From Octopus bimaculoides (Eukaryota): 64,000 nt of DNA. The first letter of the stretch is position 1; each line of letters opens with the position of its first letter. A model generated the notes under the pieces. That model had not been told where the DNA came from. It ran no database searches and worked only from the letters and a program-made list of their open reading frames with translations. The position numbers and the translations under genes were made by a program. The stretch covers positions 116,951,098 to 117,015,097 of the forward strand of contig NC_068984.1 of assembly GCF_001194135.2 (NCBI RefSeq), given 5' to 3'. This document shows positions 1 to 13,330 of this stretch, in pieces.

Positions 1-848
1 CTAGTATCCACATTTGTTATGGAATTTTGTGTTTGTTCATTAAATGTTGTAAAGCTTGAAGACACTATGCATATCTTGTATTTCTGTTCGTCCGTTTACT
101 GAATATTTCAAAACAGATCGGAAAATATTTATTTTTTTCACTGTCAAGATTTAGTTTCGATACAGTCAGTGCAGACAGAAGTAATTGTGTGTGTTTAGAG
201 AGAGAGAGAGAGACACACACACACATGTATAAAATATGATGTTGAATGGTGATGAATCAATGATAATTCATAATTAAACCCGCTTCATCTCATTGAAGTA
301 ATTATTCATAACATAAATCAAAGTCCATATGATAAATAACGAACCAGAAATGGAAATCTCTTTGGGAATTAAACTGAAATAGGAACTCATAATCGTATGT
401 GTGTATGTATATGTATGTATGTATACTTGGACTGGAATAACCTACATTGTTTAAGCATCTACATTAGGATTAACATATAAAGATCATTGTGGTGGTTTTA
501 GTTTCTGACGGTTTTATTTTGGCCTAAAACTGCAAGTGTGTGTGTGTATGTATAGTAGTTAAGAGTAATAATAAATGTTCTCGCTGTTTCCATGGTTTGT
601 AAACAATTCGTACACACACACACACACACACCATAAAAGAAGACAGTTTAACAAGAAATGAAAAAGAATAATTGGTTACCGTTTTTATTTATGTTTTTAC
701 TTTTATACTGTCGAAATAGAAACGTCCATAATTTCCCTAGTTTAACTAATATGTACTTACTTTGTTTTTATTATGATTATTGCGCTTGTTTTGTATTTTG
801 GTGTCTAAATGTAGGATTGCGAATTGTTCACCTCAACCTAAATGTCAG

Positions 849-1030
849 TGTTGTTGTTGTTTAACCCTAGGTCAGCCCTGATTGAGTAAGCAACCTGTGA
901 TGAAAGGCATTCCAGCCATTATAACATTCCGTGTATTAGGGTCATCTCGGAATACGTTGATTTTTTTTCCAACTTATCTGATATTTCTAACAGATCGAGC
1001 ATCACGCTGTGGCTTGCTCCCTCTTTGGCT
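849..1030 (-). mobile_element. Dispersed SINE-like repeat with (AAC)n tail (family F)
   Basis: gttgttgtttaaccctaggtcagccctg end recurs at ~26045-26068 (opposite strand), ~49900 and ~59075. Confidence 0.6.
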
Positions 1031-1200
1031 TGTTAAATGTCAATGTGTTTGCCATACTGTGAACATTTTTCTGTGATTGTTTGTTGTAGCTATTTTTATG
1101 ACTCATCTATATTAAACAACCTTAGTCAGGCTGTTGATGTCTTATTCTTCTTCTAAGACCAAGTTTCTATGCTTATTATGTGTTTTATTATTGTTCTTAA

Positions 1201-1410
1201 CCCTTTCGTTATCATCCAACCTGAGACCGCCCTAAGCTCCTAACAAACAAGCTCCATTTTCAAGTAATTTACATGAAAATCTTCCACTAGAATTTATTGT
1301 TAATTTAAGTTCCAAATATTAGATCAATAATGAAGTTATTTTACTAAATTCTTCATTTACAAAATTATCTGAAACAAAGGTGGTGTATTTCAAAAGGAAT
1401 ATGCTAACTG
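1201..1410. mobile_element. piggyBac-type MITE (family E), one end decayed
   Basis: TTAA then CCCTTTCG; body matches copies at 6260, 27962 and 55479. Confidence 0.65.
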
Positions 1411-1494
1411 TACGTAAAATTATTTGTAATTCTAGTAAATATTAAAAGCAAAATGGAGTTTCAAAAACCAAACAGCAAAAATACATCGATTTCT

Positions 1495-1690
1495 AACATA
1501 AGCACAATGCCTCACAATTTAAGGAAATGAACAGTCGAATTTAGTTTACAAATATATCGACCCTAGTTCTTGTCTGGGTATTATATTCAATCGACTTCCG
1601 GATGGATAAAAGGTAATGTTGACCTTGACAGGAATTGAACTCGGAACATAAAGGGCCATAACTAAATACCGCAAGGTATTTTGTCCAACT
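1495..1690 (-). mobile_element. Degenerate Meta-domain-like tRNA SINE (family C)
   Basis: aaaggtaatgttgaccttgacaggaattgaactcggaac aligns to family C copies. Confidence 0.55.
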
Positions 1691-2127
1691 CATTGTGTAT
1701 TATTATACACACACACACACATACTCATACACTCAAAGAATATGTATTACAACGTTTTTAATAACACGTGTGTTCTTATGGTTCTTATTAATTAAACCGA
1801 GAATATTTTGATATTTATTTAAAAAAAGAATATTCCCAGAATTTTAAATTCATTAGATTCATTTGATTACTTTTTGCGCTCTAAAAAAATAATTATCTAT
1901 TTTAAATCTATTCATTGCATTGTCAAGCCATATATAAACATGCATATAATCAAGATATATATTTATATGTATATTTAAGACATACATATCATTTTAGTAT
2001 AATATAAGGACCGTTTCCTTTTAAAAAATTTAAACACTACTAAAAAGTAGTGAGTAATTTTTCAGTTTAATGTTAAACTGCTTTTATATATAACTTGACA
2101 TAAAAGTAATCAATCAATCAAATGTAT

Positions 2128-2396
2128 CTGACTGCGGCCATGCTGGACCACCGTCTTTAATCGAGCAAATCGATCCCAGGACTTATTGCCGAACCGCTAA
2201 GTGACGGAGATGTAAACATCGGTTGTCAAGCGGTGGTGGTGGGGCTTCTTTCAGTTTCCATGTATCAGATTCACTCACAAGGCTTTGGTCAGCCCGAGGC
2301 TATAGTAGAAGACATTTGCCCAAGGTACTACGCAGTGGGACTGAACCCGGAACCATGTGGTTGGGAAGCAAGCTTCTTTCCACACACCACTCCTGA
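2128..2396 (-). mobile_element. tRNA-headed SINE family A, internally deleted
   Basis: Reverse complement of head GGAGTGGCTGTGTGGTAAG..GGTTCAGTCCCACTG and tail GCATGGCCGCAGTCA; many copies in window. Confidence 0.85.
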
Positions 2397-2415
2397 GTGT
2401 GTGTGTGTGTGTGTG

Positions 2416-2465
<50 letters not shown>

Positions 2466-3989
2466 CATGTATGTATGTATGTATATGTAAAGAAGAAAAT
2501 AGGTTACAATCATATTTTGCGTTTTGTTCTTGTTTGTTAAATATACTTCCTTTCAAATCAGGTCCCAACTTCTGTCAGGCTTCCTACTTATTCATTTGAG
2601 CTGAATTATTAAATCCTACCCCCTCCTTTTTACTAACAATGTTGCATGACTCAGTATACGAGTTTTTTTCTTTATAATCCGTTAATCCTGAACACACGGA
2701 TTACATACATTTGTCCAAAAAAATATACTTCGAAAATAATCACTGTTTATAATTAATTAAATTACTTATGAAACTTTTGTAGATTCACTTCAGTTTGAGA
2801 CAGTTGACCTCGGGCAACGTTTTCATTTTAATCATGCGCGCGCGTGTACACACACTCACTTCCTCTCTCAGTATTTCTATGTGGTTGAGTAAATTATACT
2901 TTTATAGTTTTGTAGATAACAGCCGAGATTGTAAGTTTTAACAATCAGAATTTCTAACGAGATGGGATTGGGATGAAGGTAGGCCATAGTTGCTTTTGAC
3001 AGCTAGAAAAGGTCAACCTATATAATTGTGTGAGATTAATGGAGACAGGTTTTACTTTCAAATACAGGGGAATTGGTGGGTTTCTTGTATGTATGTACTG
3101 TTTAGTATACGGTGTTTATTGTTGAAAGCCTGCTGGCTATTATAATTTAGATATATATGCACAGTTATAGCTATATATGGAGATGGGGTGAAAAACGATT
3201 ACTCCATGCTAGGGATTCATCTCGAGATTTCTTTTAAAATATTTTAATCGGGCACCAATCTTGACCTTGGCAGACCATCTTAACTGGTGACAGCAAAATC
3301 CATATACTTTCAATACATGAACTCTGAAGTTAAACCCTTTGTGACTAATGCTAGCTATCTCAGTCTCTGAGGATCCATCACTGTGAGTTCACATACACAA
3401 GAATTACTTGTGGAAAAAATATCCCAAAGTCTAGGCTATGTATTTATCTGTCTTGGGCAAAGAAGTATTTTAAGTTTCATTAAGATGCTGCTTCTACAAA
3501 GATGAAATATATCCTACATGTGAGTATTACTCATGTATATGGGACAGAGTTGCTATTAAACATGCATTCCACATCAAATCCTGAAGGTCACTTGTCACTA
3601 GTTCATAGATTTGCTGCTTCTTCTCTTTGCCTTGTTTTCTGATTTCCCCTCATCAATCCTTGCGTGAAGCACTTTATGCAATCACTACCTGTCCCAAGGA
3701 TGGAACATCTATGAACTGTCTCTTTGACCATGTGTTTTCAACAGGTGTCAACCAACAGAAGTTTAGATTGAACATATTGCAGTTGTGTCTAAGTGCTGTT
3801 GAAGGGGAATTATGATGTCATGTGTTGAAGGATGTGATCGTGTGGCTGTGTGGTAAGAAGTTTGCTTTCCAACCATATGGTTCCAGGTTCAGTCCCACTG
3901 CATGGAATGTCTTTTATCGTATGTTTGCTCTGGTGAGGTTGACTTATAGCTAAACAACAAAAGTTACTGTCTAAATAACTTTGTTTAGT

Positions 3990-4330
3990 TTAGGCACAGG
4001 TTTGTGTGGTTAAGAAGGTTGCTTCCCTACCATGTGGCTTCAGGTTCAGTCTCACAGCATAGTACCTTGGGCAAATGTTTTCTATTGTAGCCTTGTAAGT
4101 TAAATTTGGTAGGCAGAAACTCTACAGAAGCCCAGTGTGTGTGTGCATGAGTGTTTAGGTTTGTGTTTTGTAACTTAGCAGTACAATAATAAATAGTGCT
4201 TGTTAAAATGAGGATAAGTTCTATCAGTATGATCCAGTAAATGGTTTGTATGATTGACTAAATTATTTAAAAGTGGGTGCTCCAGCATGGCTGCAGACCA
4301 GTGACTGAAACTAGCAAAAGAATTAAAAAA
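3990..4330 (+). mobile_element. Old SINE family A copy
   Basis: Diverged head (gtgtggttaagaaggttgcttccc) and tail (gtgctccagcatggctgcag..gactgaaac). Confidence 0.7.
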
Positions 4331-4617
4331 TTTTTAGGCTTTCTGCTGTAATTTTTTTTAAAGCTGTATTTCAGTATTAGTAGTTCGACTAGCCATACGC
4401 ACAACACATACTAATGCTGCTTTTATTTATATTCGCAATGTGAATTGTATGACAATATGCATCGAATTCTTAATCTTATGTAAAAGATGTTTGTGAGCTA
4501 AATACCAACTAGATAGCTTGGAAGAAGACGTAGATACAGACAGGATCAATAATAGCAGTGTTTATAAGGCAGCTAACAACATGTGCTTGTGTTGACAAAG
4601 AATTCCTCTTATTATAG

Positions 4618-4753
4618 GAAAAACAGCCAGTGGATTTTTAAAATTGTGGAGAAGCTGAGTCATACTGGCGGCCGAACTGATGAAGGCAAAGAGGAAATGG
4701 GCTGTTAAGTGTGTTATTTGACTCAAGCGGTCTTGCATTCAAAGCTTCTGCAG
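4618..4753 (+). other. Candidate spliced exon (probably non-coding/UTR)
   Basis: Acceptor ttcctcttattatag, donor cag|gtattt, non-repeat sequence; no frame open through it. Confidence 0.3.
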
Positions 4754-5258
4754 GTATTTTAGTGTATATTTTGGACAATTACACTCCTGTTCTACATGAC
4801 TCAGTTGTAGCTTCCTCTCCACCTTTGTTCTGACCCTCACACACACACACACATGCACACAAACATACACACGCACACAAACNNNNNNNNNNNNNNNNNN
4901 NNNNNNNNNNNNNNNNNNNNNNNNNNNNNNNNNNNNNNNNNNNNNNNNNNNNNNNNNNNNNNNNNNNNNNNNNNNNNNNNNNNNNNNNNNNNNNNNNNNN
5001 NNNNNNNNNNNNNNNNNNNNNNNNNNNNNNNNNNNNNNNNNNNNNNNNNNNNNNNNNNNNNNNNNNNNNNNNNNNNNNNNNNNNNNNNNNNNNNNNNNNN
5101 NNNNNNNNNNNNNNNNNNNNNNNNNNNNNNNNNNNNNNNNNNNNNNNNNNNNNNNNNNNNNNNNNNNNNNNNNNNNNNNNNNNNNNNNNNNNNNNNNNNN
5201 NNNNNNNNNNNNNNNNNNNNNNNNNNNNNNNNNNNNNNNNNNNNNNNNNNNNNNNNNN

Positions 5259-5560
5259 GCCGAACCGCTAAGTTACGGGGACGTAAACACACCACCATCG
5301 GTTGTCAAGCGATGTTGGGGAGACAAACACAAACACACACACACATACACACACACACACATATATATATATAGATATATATACATACATATATACGACA
5401 GGCTTCTTTCAGTTTCCGTCTACCAAATCCACTCACAAGGCTTTGGTCGGCCCGAGGCTATAGCAGAAGACACTTGCCCAAGGTGCCACACAGTGGGAAT
5501 GAACCCGGAACTATGTGGTTGGTAAGCAAGCTACTTACCACACAGCCACTCCTACGCCTA
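5259..5560 (-). mobile_element. SINE family A (3' part lost in gap)
   Basis: Close match to other family A copies, internal CA/TA microsatellite. Confidence 0.9.
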
Positions 5561-6259
5561 AAGACACTTGCCCAACTTGTGAAAGTTTAAAAAAATTTAT
5601 ACTTGTAAGGGCACCAAAGTTCAGCTTGCCCAGTGTGCCAGCAACCCTAAGGCCAGCCCTGTCTCCCACACAACTCTTGGCTTTCTTCTACTCTCTCACA
5701 CATGTCTTTTGGCCTTTCTTCCTACACTACTCCTTCAGTTTTCCTTTCTCCTCTCTCTAGCATAACTCTCCTAATCTTTCCCCTCTCTCTCCCTTGCTCA
5801 TCACTGCTTTTCACTTGACTCTCACATAATCATATGTCTCTGGTCTTCTCACCTACTCCTTACCTCCATAACTCTTAGCTTCATCTCTCTCCCTTCTCTC
5901 ACATAACTCTCCTCCTTACTCCCACATCACTCTTTAAATCCTTTCCTATATGCTTATCCACAACAAAAATGACAACACCACTTTCTTTCTTCTCTCGTAG
6001 TCAAATGGTAACATCTTGAATTATTAGACTCTTAATTCTTCATACCAGTTAACTTATGGAACTGTACTATGGACTAATCCTTGTCAAATCAGAACATCAA
6101 TAATTTCCATTGACTCCAGATGCTTTCCCTATATAGCTGAGTTAAATTCTCCAATTTGTTTGGAAGTTGGGATCAGATCATCATAGCATGTTAGTTGTAT
6201 CTGGCAGTCTTCCTGACCCAGAGTTTATGCTCTTAACAGAGCTAAGCACCACCATACTG

Positions 6260-6460
6260 GACTTTTGATACCAACCTGTTTGAGATCACCCCAGATTCTA
6301 TGATACAAACTTCCTGTTTTAAGGTTAATCTGAATTGAAATTTGATGTGTACAAACACAAGCTTAATATGACAGAGTTATTTTACTAAATTCTTCCTTAT
6401 ATTCAAAATGAAATAAAACAAAGGCAGTGTATTCCTATTGAAAATACGGTAACAAATGGA
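6260..6460. mobile_element. piggyBac-type MITE (family E)
   Basis: cttttgatacc..ggtaacaaatgga followed by TTAA; internal match to 55479-55700. Confidence 0.65.
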
Positions 6461-8080
6461 TTAAATTATAATTTTACTTCTACTGATAGGGAACCAATTT
6501 TCCAGTTACTAAAGGTCCAGTCCTTCTTCTTGTCTGGAAATGTTTATGAAGAGAGACTTGAATTTCCTGCAACATGCCAGCCTTGTTCACTCATTATTTA
6601 TAACATTTTTTATTATTACCAAACTTTAAACATGACACACCTCAATTTATTCATTTAGCAATGTATTGTGAAAGCTGAAACACTTTCCCTACAACTCAGC
6701 TATTATGATAAAGAGGTGCAGCTGTTTAAAATTAAATCTTTATATTCTGTAGTAACCACTACCCAAGGACCCTCTCTCAGATTATGTCTATGAAGAGCAT
6801 GTTGACATTTATCCTTCATTGCAGAGGATACAGTATCATAGTATGAAAGAGGAAAAGTAAATATATGCCTTTCATTATTACATTGCAAGAGAAGGTCCTA
6901 GGATGTGTGTACAGAAATCAAGAGATTAATTGCTTGGCATTAGATTTAGTTTTAAAAATTCATGCCTTCATATTACAATTGAGTGAAAGGGAAACTGTTT
7001 TTGTTATCATAGTAAACAAGTGTGTTGTGAAGATTTAGTCATACAAAAATTATTAGTAATATGGCAGTAGTTTTTATCGTGAATTATCATTATTATATAA
7101 CACCTTTTAGTCTCTAAAAAATGGATAATTTGGATGTGGTTGGAACTAAGGGTACTAGAACGTGAGTTGGGCTTACACTTAATGGAGTAAGGTATTGACA
7201 TTCTGGGTTTCAGAAATCTTTAAATTTTAGTTTTAGTATAGAGAATCAAGTGTCTACCTCTTACATACATTATTGCCTATTAGTGTTCTATTTATGAGCA
7301 TTACTTTACTTCTCCAACCCATACCAGCATCGAGGCAGTATCAGATTAACTGCTTTCCCCCAGTGTTTTAGTCCCAAATCAGCTCTGTTAGTGTAGACTT
7401 ATGATGATTAAAGGTATTCCATTCATGTCCATACCAGGTTTTTTTTCTCCTGTGCTCTATACTACATTATCAGTATGTTCTTCCTTTTGTATTTTAGACA
7501 AGAGGTTGTAGTGTTGGTAGATTTTGCTGCTATTTCTAGCAAGTTGTGGGACCAGATAGATACTCTGTCATTGACTTGCCTTTGTTTGTGGTAGAGACAA
7601 TTTTGTTTCATCTGCTTGTGGGTCATGAATTGCAGTGCTCTGTTAGAGTTTTATGGTATTTATTTCTGGACAGGAGACTTTGTTCCACGTCACTCTTGTT
7701 CATCTGACTGTTAGAAGGGAAAAGTCAAAAGGGCTGGCTAATTCTATCCAAAGAAATGGACTCTGATGGGTCAAATAACTAGCTTTGTTACACTATATAT
7801 ATGTGCATGCATGTGTTCTCTATTGTTCTCACTTTACTGTAAACACCAGAGACCTGGAAGTGAAACAATCCAACAGACACTTTTTGGATTAGCTGGCCTG
7901 TCTAAACAATGGTTTTTGGTAAAGAATTTGTCTGTCTGTCTCTCACTCTTTATCTGTTTCTATATTACTAGGAATAATGAAATAAACACTGGACTGAAAT
8001 TAGTACTAGGTTTGACATGATGAACTAACACCCTTAAAACTAGTGACCCAGCATAACCAGAATCCAGTGAGTGAAACCAG

Positions 8081-8122
<42 letters not shown>

Positions 8123-8124
<2 letters not shown>

Positions 8125-8407
8125 ATTTAATCAATACTGATATAGGGTGAAATTAATAATTAACAACTAATAATTTCACCAAGTAGTTCGGTATGTTAAA
8201 AGAACCATTATCGGTAAACTTATACAAAAATTTTATAATTATAAGCATAATTATAATTAAATTGCTTCACCACATATCGAATGTCTGGGATATATATTAT
8301 GGTAGTGGAATAATATTTAACTGTTATTTCTAAATTTCGGTATGTGGTGAAGCAATTTTGCTGAACCCTAATTATAATTATGCTTATAATTATAAAATTT
8401 TTGTATA
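8123..8407. mobile_element. AT-rich element with nested long inverted repeats embedded in (TA)n
   Basis: 39-bp perfect IR (8221-8259/8369-8407) plus 22-bp IR with 1 mismatch; TA runs on both flanks. Confidence 0.6.
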
Positions 8408-8969
8408 TATATATATCTCATCATTTTAACATTAATTTTTCCTTGGGCAGATGATAATACATTGAAGCAGAGATTTCTGTGACCAGATGCCCTCTTTGAT
8501 GCCAGACCTCATCTGTGTTCATACAGAGTAATAAGCCCCCAGTGTATTGCACAATCAACAACCTGGACATGTTTATACAAATAACTGGAAATAAACGATA
8601 TTGTATGAATGAGCCTGTTGTTGACAAAGATTGTGTGACATATCACGAAACCTGGACTGCAAGGAAAGGAGACCATTTGTATGGTAACGAAGCCTTTGTT
8701 TACCGTCAATGAACATGTATGATGAGGAGAAATATAAATGCACTAATATATACATGATAAGCTTCTTCCAGTTTCCATCTGCCAATTTAACTCACAAGGT
8801 ATAGGTCAACCTGTAGCTTGTTGTGGGACCAAATCCTAAAAACATGGTTTTGAACTAAACTTCTTAACTACACAGTTATGTCTGTGGTGAGATGGTAGTG
8901 GTGGTGGTGAACTGTCACATAATTTCTTTCATCAAAATCCAAGAGTGCACACAGTCATTTTGGACTTAA

Positions 8970-9189
8970 CCCTTTAGTGTTCAGATTACTCCGTTAAATG
9001 TAATAATTTTCCATTCAAATTGTTTTGAATTAATCATGCATTATCTTATAGCTTTGAGGTTTCAATGACGTGATTGTTTATTTTCAGAATGTCACTGTAG
9101 GTTAAGTGTGAGAGGCTAGATGTGGCCAGTTTGAATATAAAACATGTAGAATATTTGGGCTGTATATGGCCGGTTTAAGCACTAAAAGG
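8970..9189. mobile_element. piggyBac-type MITE (family D)
   Basis: TTAA on both sides; TIR ccctttagtgtt / agcactaaaagg; second copy at 29304. Confidence 0.85.
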
Positions 9190-9359
9190 TTAATCCAGTG
9201 GAGGGCCTCAACTGATTAGCCTTTAATCACTAATAGACAGATTCATTTCAGCCTTTGACCAGCAAGGAGCCAGTCTCTTTTTTTCTTTTCTATGGCTTCT
9301 GTTTCTTGGTGTTGTCTAATCTTATACCTTTGCTACTCAGGCACCCCTGACCCACCCTG

Positions 9360-11130
9360 TAGTATTCCATGCTCCTCCTTTCTTTCAATTCCTTCAAGAT
9401 GACCTGTCTCAGAATTTTTTGCTCTATCTGTTAAACTGTTTATTCCACCACCATATTCTCTCCATCTGTCTGCCACTAGGGTGCTACTCTGTGCAGTTGT
9501 CTCACTGAAACATCTATTGTAGTCCTCCAGTTCCTCCTCATCCTCATCGTAGGCATCATGTTATATATTTTGAAAGTTACATAAAGAAGAAGGATATTTT
9601 TAGCCTCCACACCTTCTTTCTCCAATTTCTCCAAGTAGCTTTCTGTCTCTGATTCAGTTTAGCTCTTATCTTGCAGTCACTAATTACTAGTCTATTTTAA
9701 GTGCTTCATTCTTCAAGGAAATAGTGTTTGTAAGGAGCTGTCTTCCTCGTTTCCTTATGAGAATGATGTCTGTCTACTCTGCATATTTGTCTGAGTGATT
9801 GGTGATTCTGAAATTTCTGGTTGGGTTATTTCTGCATTACGGAACTCCAAGGGTCTTGATACCATTTTACTTCTTGTACCATTGGCAGAGCCTTTGTGTT
9901 TATCAAAATAGCCATTTTGATGATGTCCAGCCTGTCTATTTAAGTCACCTACTATTATAACATCTGTTTTGGAGGTGGTCTTTGAAAGTGAGTCATAAAA
10001 ACAATCCTTTTGCTCATCTGTCAGTTCTGACTGGAGCAGTTTGCATTACAGGTCATGCCCCTTCAATATCACAGTGTCAAGCAGCATTGAGACCTCCAGG
10101 GAATGTCTGGGTTATGGCTCACACTGTCACATACATGCTTTCTTCCCTCCATGATCCATGTCTCCTCCACAACATACTGCATGCAGCTGTAACTACTATT
10201 ACTGTACAGTACCAATTCTGTTTTATTACTCATTAATAATGTATTTGCTCTCAGTTATGACTATTTTCTCTCATGTGTCTGTCATATCTGTGATAAAGCA
10301 TTTTATGCTTCCCTCTTTAGTTCACAAATCACATCTCTTTTCTCCTTCTTTTGTCTAGTGCAAGCCGGGTTCAACACAATGGATCTAGCTGCTAACCCAT
10401 GATGTCTCACCTCTACTAGAATACCATATACTGCTATCCTCATGCTCTGCAGGATTTCCTAATCCTTCATATTTTATGCCCTTCTTTCATGTACCCATTC
10501 CATACTGCTTGCCAAATCAACTCAACAGTCAGACGATTGTATAAGATCCAGGTGTTACTTCATTATAACAGTATGGCATAGAACACTTGTGCTTCCTTCA
10601 AATCCACCTTTCGGTAATTAATGCTATGTGGAAGTCTAGGTATTAGCTGTTCTTATTCTTTTTCACTTTCCTTGCAAGAAACGACAAAGTGCAACTTATT
10701 AGTTCTTTTTGTGTTAATGAGGCTACATTATTTTAATGCATCACACCCACATTCCACTGTCCAGTATCTTGGGTACATATTTTCTACTCTAGCCTTGGGT
10801 TTATCAACATATCATGAATGGAATTTAGTTTATGAATATTTCTACCTTCCCTGTCAGCTCGGTAATAATGCCACTAAACATCTTGGATATCTATAGTTTG
10901 CAATGGACACATGTTATAAAATTCTTGCTCATCCCTTTTCTGCATAGCTTCTCTTCTAGTAACTTAATATTGTTTCGATGGCCCTTTTCTTCTAGTGTTT
11001 CCAAGCTTGTCTAATAGCTTTTATGGCTCTTTTTACAGCATTCTACTATTCCACTACCAAATGGTTGTGACTTTGCACCAACGAAAGATCTGGTCTGTGG
11101 TCCTCAACAGGTTGTCATGTAGAAACACTC
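9360..11130 (-). mobile_element. RTE-clade LINE 5' relic (AP endonuclease domain, degraded)
   Basis: Minus strand gives APQSELTDEQKDCFYDSL..VIVGDLN, LVISDCKIR, KVWRLK and WWWN motifs with stops/frameshifts; upstream boundary uncertain. Confidence 0.8.
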
Positions 11131-11202
11131 AGCTGTCCTCTATATTATAAGTCTCTGTCCTCTATATTATAAGTCTCTGTCTCTTCATTCCTGTCATATA
11201 CT

Positions 11203-11371
11203 CTTTTACTCTTTTACTTGTTTTAGTCATTTGACTGCGGCCATGCTGGAGCACCGCCTTTAGTCGAGCAAATCGACCCCAGGACTTATTCTATCAGTCT
11301 GTTTTGCCAAACCGCTAAGTTACGGGGACGTAAACACACCAACATCGGTTGTCAAGCGATGTTGGGGGGGA

Positions 11372-11429
<58 letters not shown>

Positions 11430-11521
11430 CGACGGGCTTCTTTCAGTTTCCGTCTACCAAATCCACTCACAAGGCTTTGGTTGGCCCGAGGCTATAGTAG
11501 AAGACACTTGCCCAAGGTGCC
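11203..11521 (-). mobile_element. SINE family A, head-truncated
   Basis: AAAAGAGT-type tail and body match; 22-bp deletion between acttattct direct repeats. Confidence 0.9.
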
Positions 11522-12146
11522 AGAACTTCTCTGGACCTATAACAGATTGAAGGCTTTTTTCAGCATCCATATTTTTTCCTGCAGATTGTCTTGTGTATGG
11601 GTCTGTTGAGCTCTTGCTCTGAAGTTACTGATCACGATGTTGAGTGGTACATTCTTCACCAAGTAAAAACAAAAAAAAAAAAAAGACTTATCATTCATAA
11701 CTCTCTGCCTATCCTATNNNNNNNNNNAAAAAAAAAAAAAAAAAAAAGACTTATCATTCATAACTCTCTGCCTATCCTATTCCCTGGTGAGAACAAAGTC
11801 TATCAAGTGTGCGTTTTCATCTGATTGGTTAATCAGGTGGCTAGCCTGTTTCCTGAAGTTAGCATTGAAAATGCTAAGGTCATCCATATTGCAGAATTTC
11901 AGGGGTGTTGATCTCACTTTTTTGTACCATATCGATAGCCTCCCTGGCGTTGCCCACCAGTTCGATAAAATTTTCAGCTATGATAAATGAGGTCATTTTT
12001 ATGTGACTTTGAAGCAAGAGGGTCCCATAAAAGTGGTCCTTCTGTGCACCTGTCATCTCTGATATTGAAATATATGTAGAGATAAATGTTGCTTTCATTT
12101 TCCTCCATAGCTAGCCTAAGCTTAACTATTAAATATTATCTCTTAT

Positions 12147-12179
<33 letters not shown>

Positions 12180-12650
12180 GTTTAACGTCTGCTTTCCATG
12201 CTAGCATGGGTTGGACGATTTGACTGAGGACTGGTGAAACCAGATGGCTACACCAGGCTCATTTATCTCAATTAATTTGCCTAACTGCTAATGATCTACC
12301 TACTCAACCCACAATTTATCTGTTATCCACCCAGAAGAACTTATCCCACTGTTCCTTGCTCTTGAGGAATCTTGCTGAAGCACTCATCTACTCACGTCTG
12401 ATCCAACAGCTTCACAATCTTTCCTCATTTACCTTTCATTTTGCTGGCATTGATTGTAGCAGTCCTGAAGTTTTGAACTTGACAGAGTGAGGTGGTAAAT
12501 TGTGTAACTAAAAGGAAGAAAATTTGTGGGATCACTTGGTGACGAAGAGTAGATTTTTCATCTCCTGGATAAGCTTTTGTGGTGGCTCACAAACTATCAT
12601 ATCATCCTGTGAGATGGGTTATCCCATCAGGCATAGATAGTATTTACTTC
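11522..12650 (-). mobile_element. Second RTE-clade LINE 5' relic (AP endonuclease), interrupted
   Basis: Minus strand motifs KFFWVDN, QKDHFY, KFCNMDDLSIFNANFRKQASHLI, IDFVLTR, GEECTTQHR; split by an (ATC)n-tailed repeat at 12148-12262. Confidence 0.8.
12148..12262 (-). mobile_element. (ATG)n-tailed non-autonomous repeat (family G), 3' end
   Basis: catcatcgtttaacgtctgctttccatgctagcatgggttggacg nearly identical to 59152-59240. Confidence 0.85.
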
Positions 12651-13121
12651 CACACACACAAAAAATATGCTTACATATATTACACTGCTAAACTTTCTTG
12701 AGAGTATATTTTACTTTATTGATTCTATTCTTAGGTATTATTATGTATTATTTACACAGTGCTTATTTAATCATATATATACTTAAATTTATGGGATGTG
12801 TATTTAACTATGAACACAACAGAGTCATCTATCACTCTTGTTGTTGATTAATTTGTGTTTTGATGAAAGAATCTGGCTGATTAACCATTTACAAGCTAGC
12901 CACTACCTTTCAATGTATACAGTAGGTCCATAACACATTCCTCTACATCCTTATTCTGCCCTTTTGGCCAAATTTATTAACTGTTTAGGCTTACAAGCCT
13001 TCCCCTACCATTCATACTGTTCACCATGTCCATAACAAATTTATTCCTCTACACTCTTATTATTGATAAAATAGGTATGTACCCAATTGTTACTTTTATT
13101 CATTTATTTTATATCAACACT

Positions 13122-13330
13122 TTTACTCTTTTACTTGTTTCAGTCATTTGACTGCGGCCATGCTGGAGCACCGCCTTTAGTCAAGCATATCGACCCCAGG
13201 ACTTATTCTTTGTAAGCCTAGTACTTATTCTATCAGTCTCTTTTTGCCGAACCACTAAGTGACGGGGGACATAAACACACCAGCATCGGTTGTCAAGCAA
13301 TGCTAGAGGGACAAACACAGGCACACAAAT
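13122..13330 (-). mobile_element. SINE family A 3' half (remainder in gap)
   Basis: Tail and body match to other copies. Confidence 0.9.

Noticed and set aside
11668-11779. Exact ~45-bp duplication across a 10-N gap
   Set aside because: Typical unmerged contig overlap; the RTE frame continues when one copy is removed
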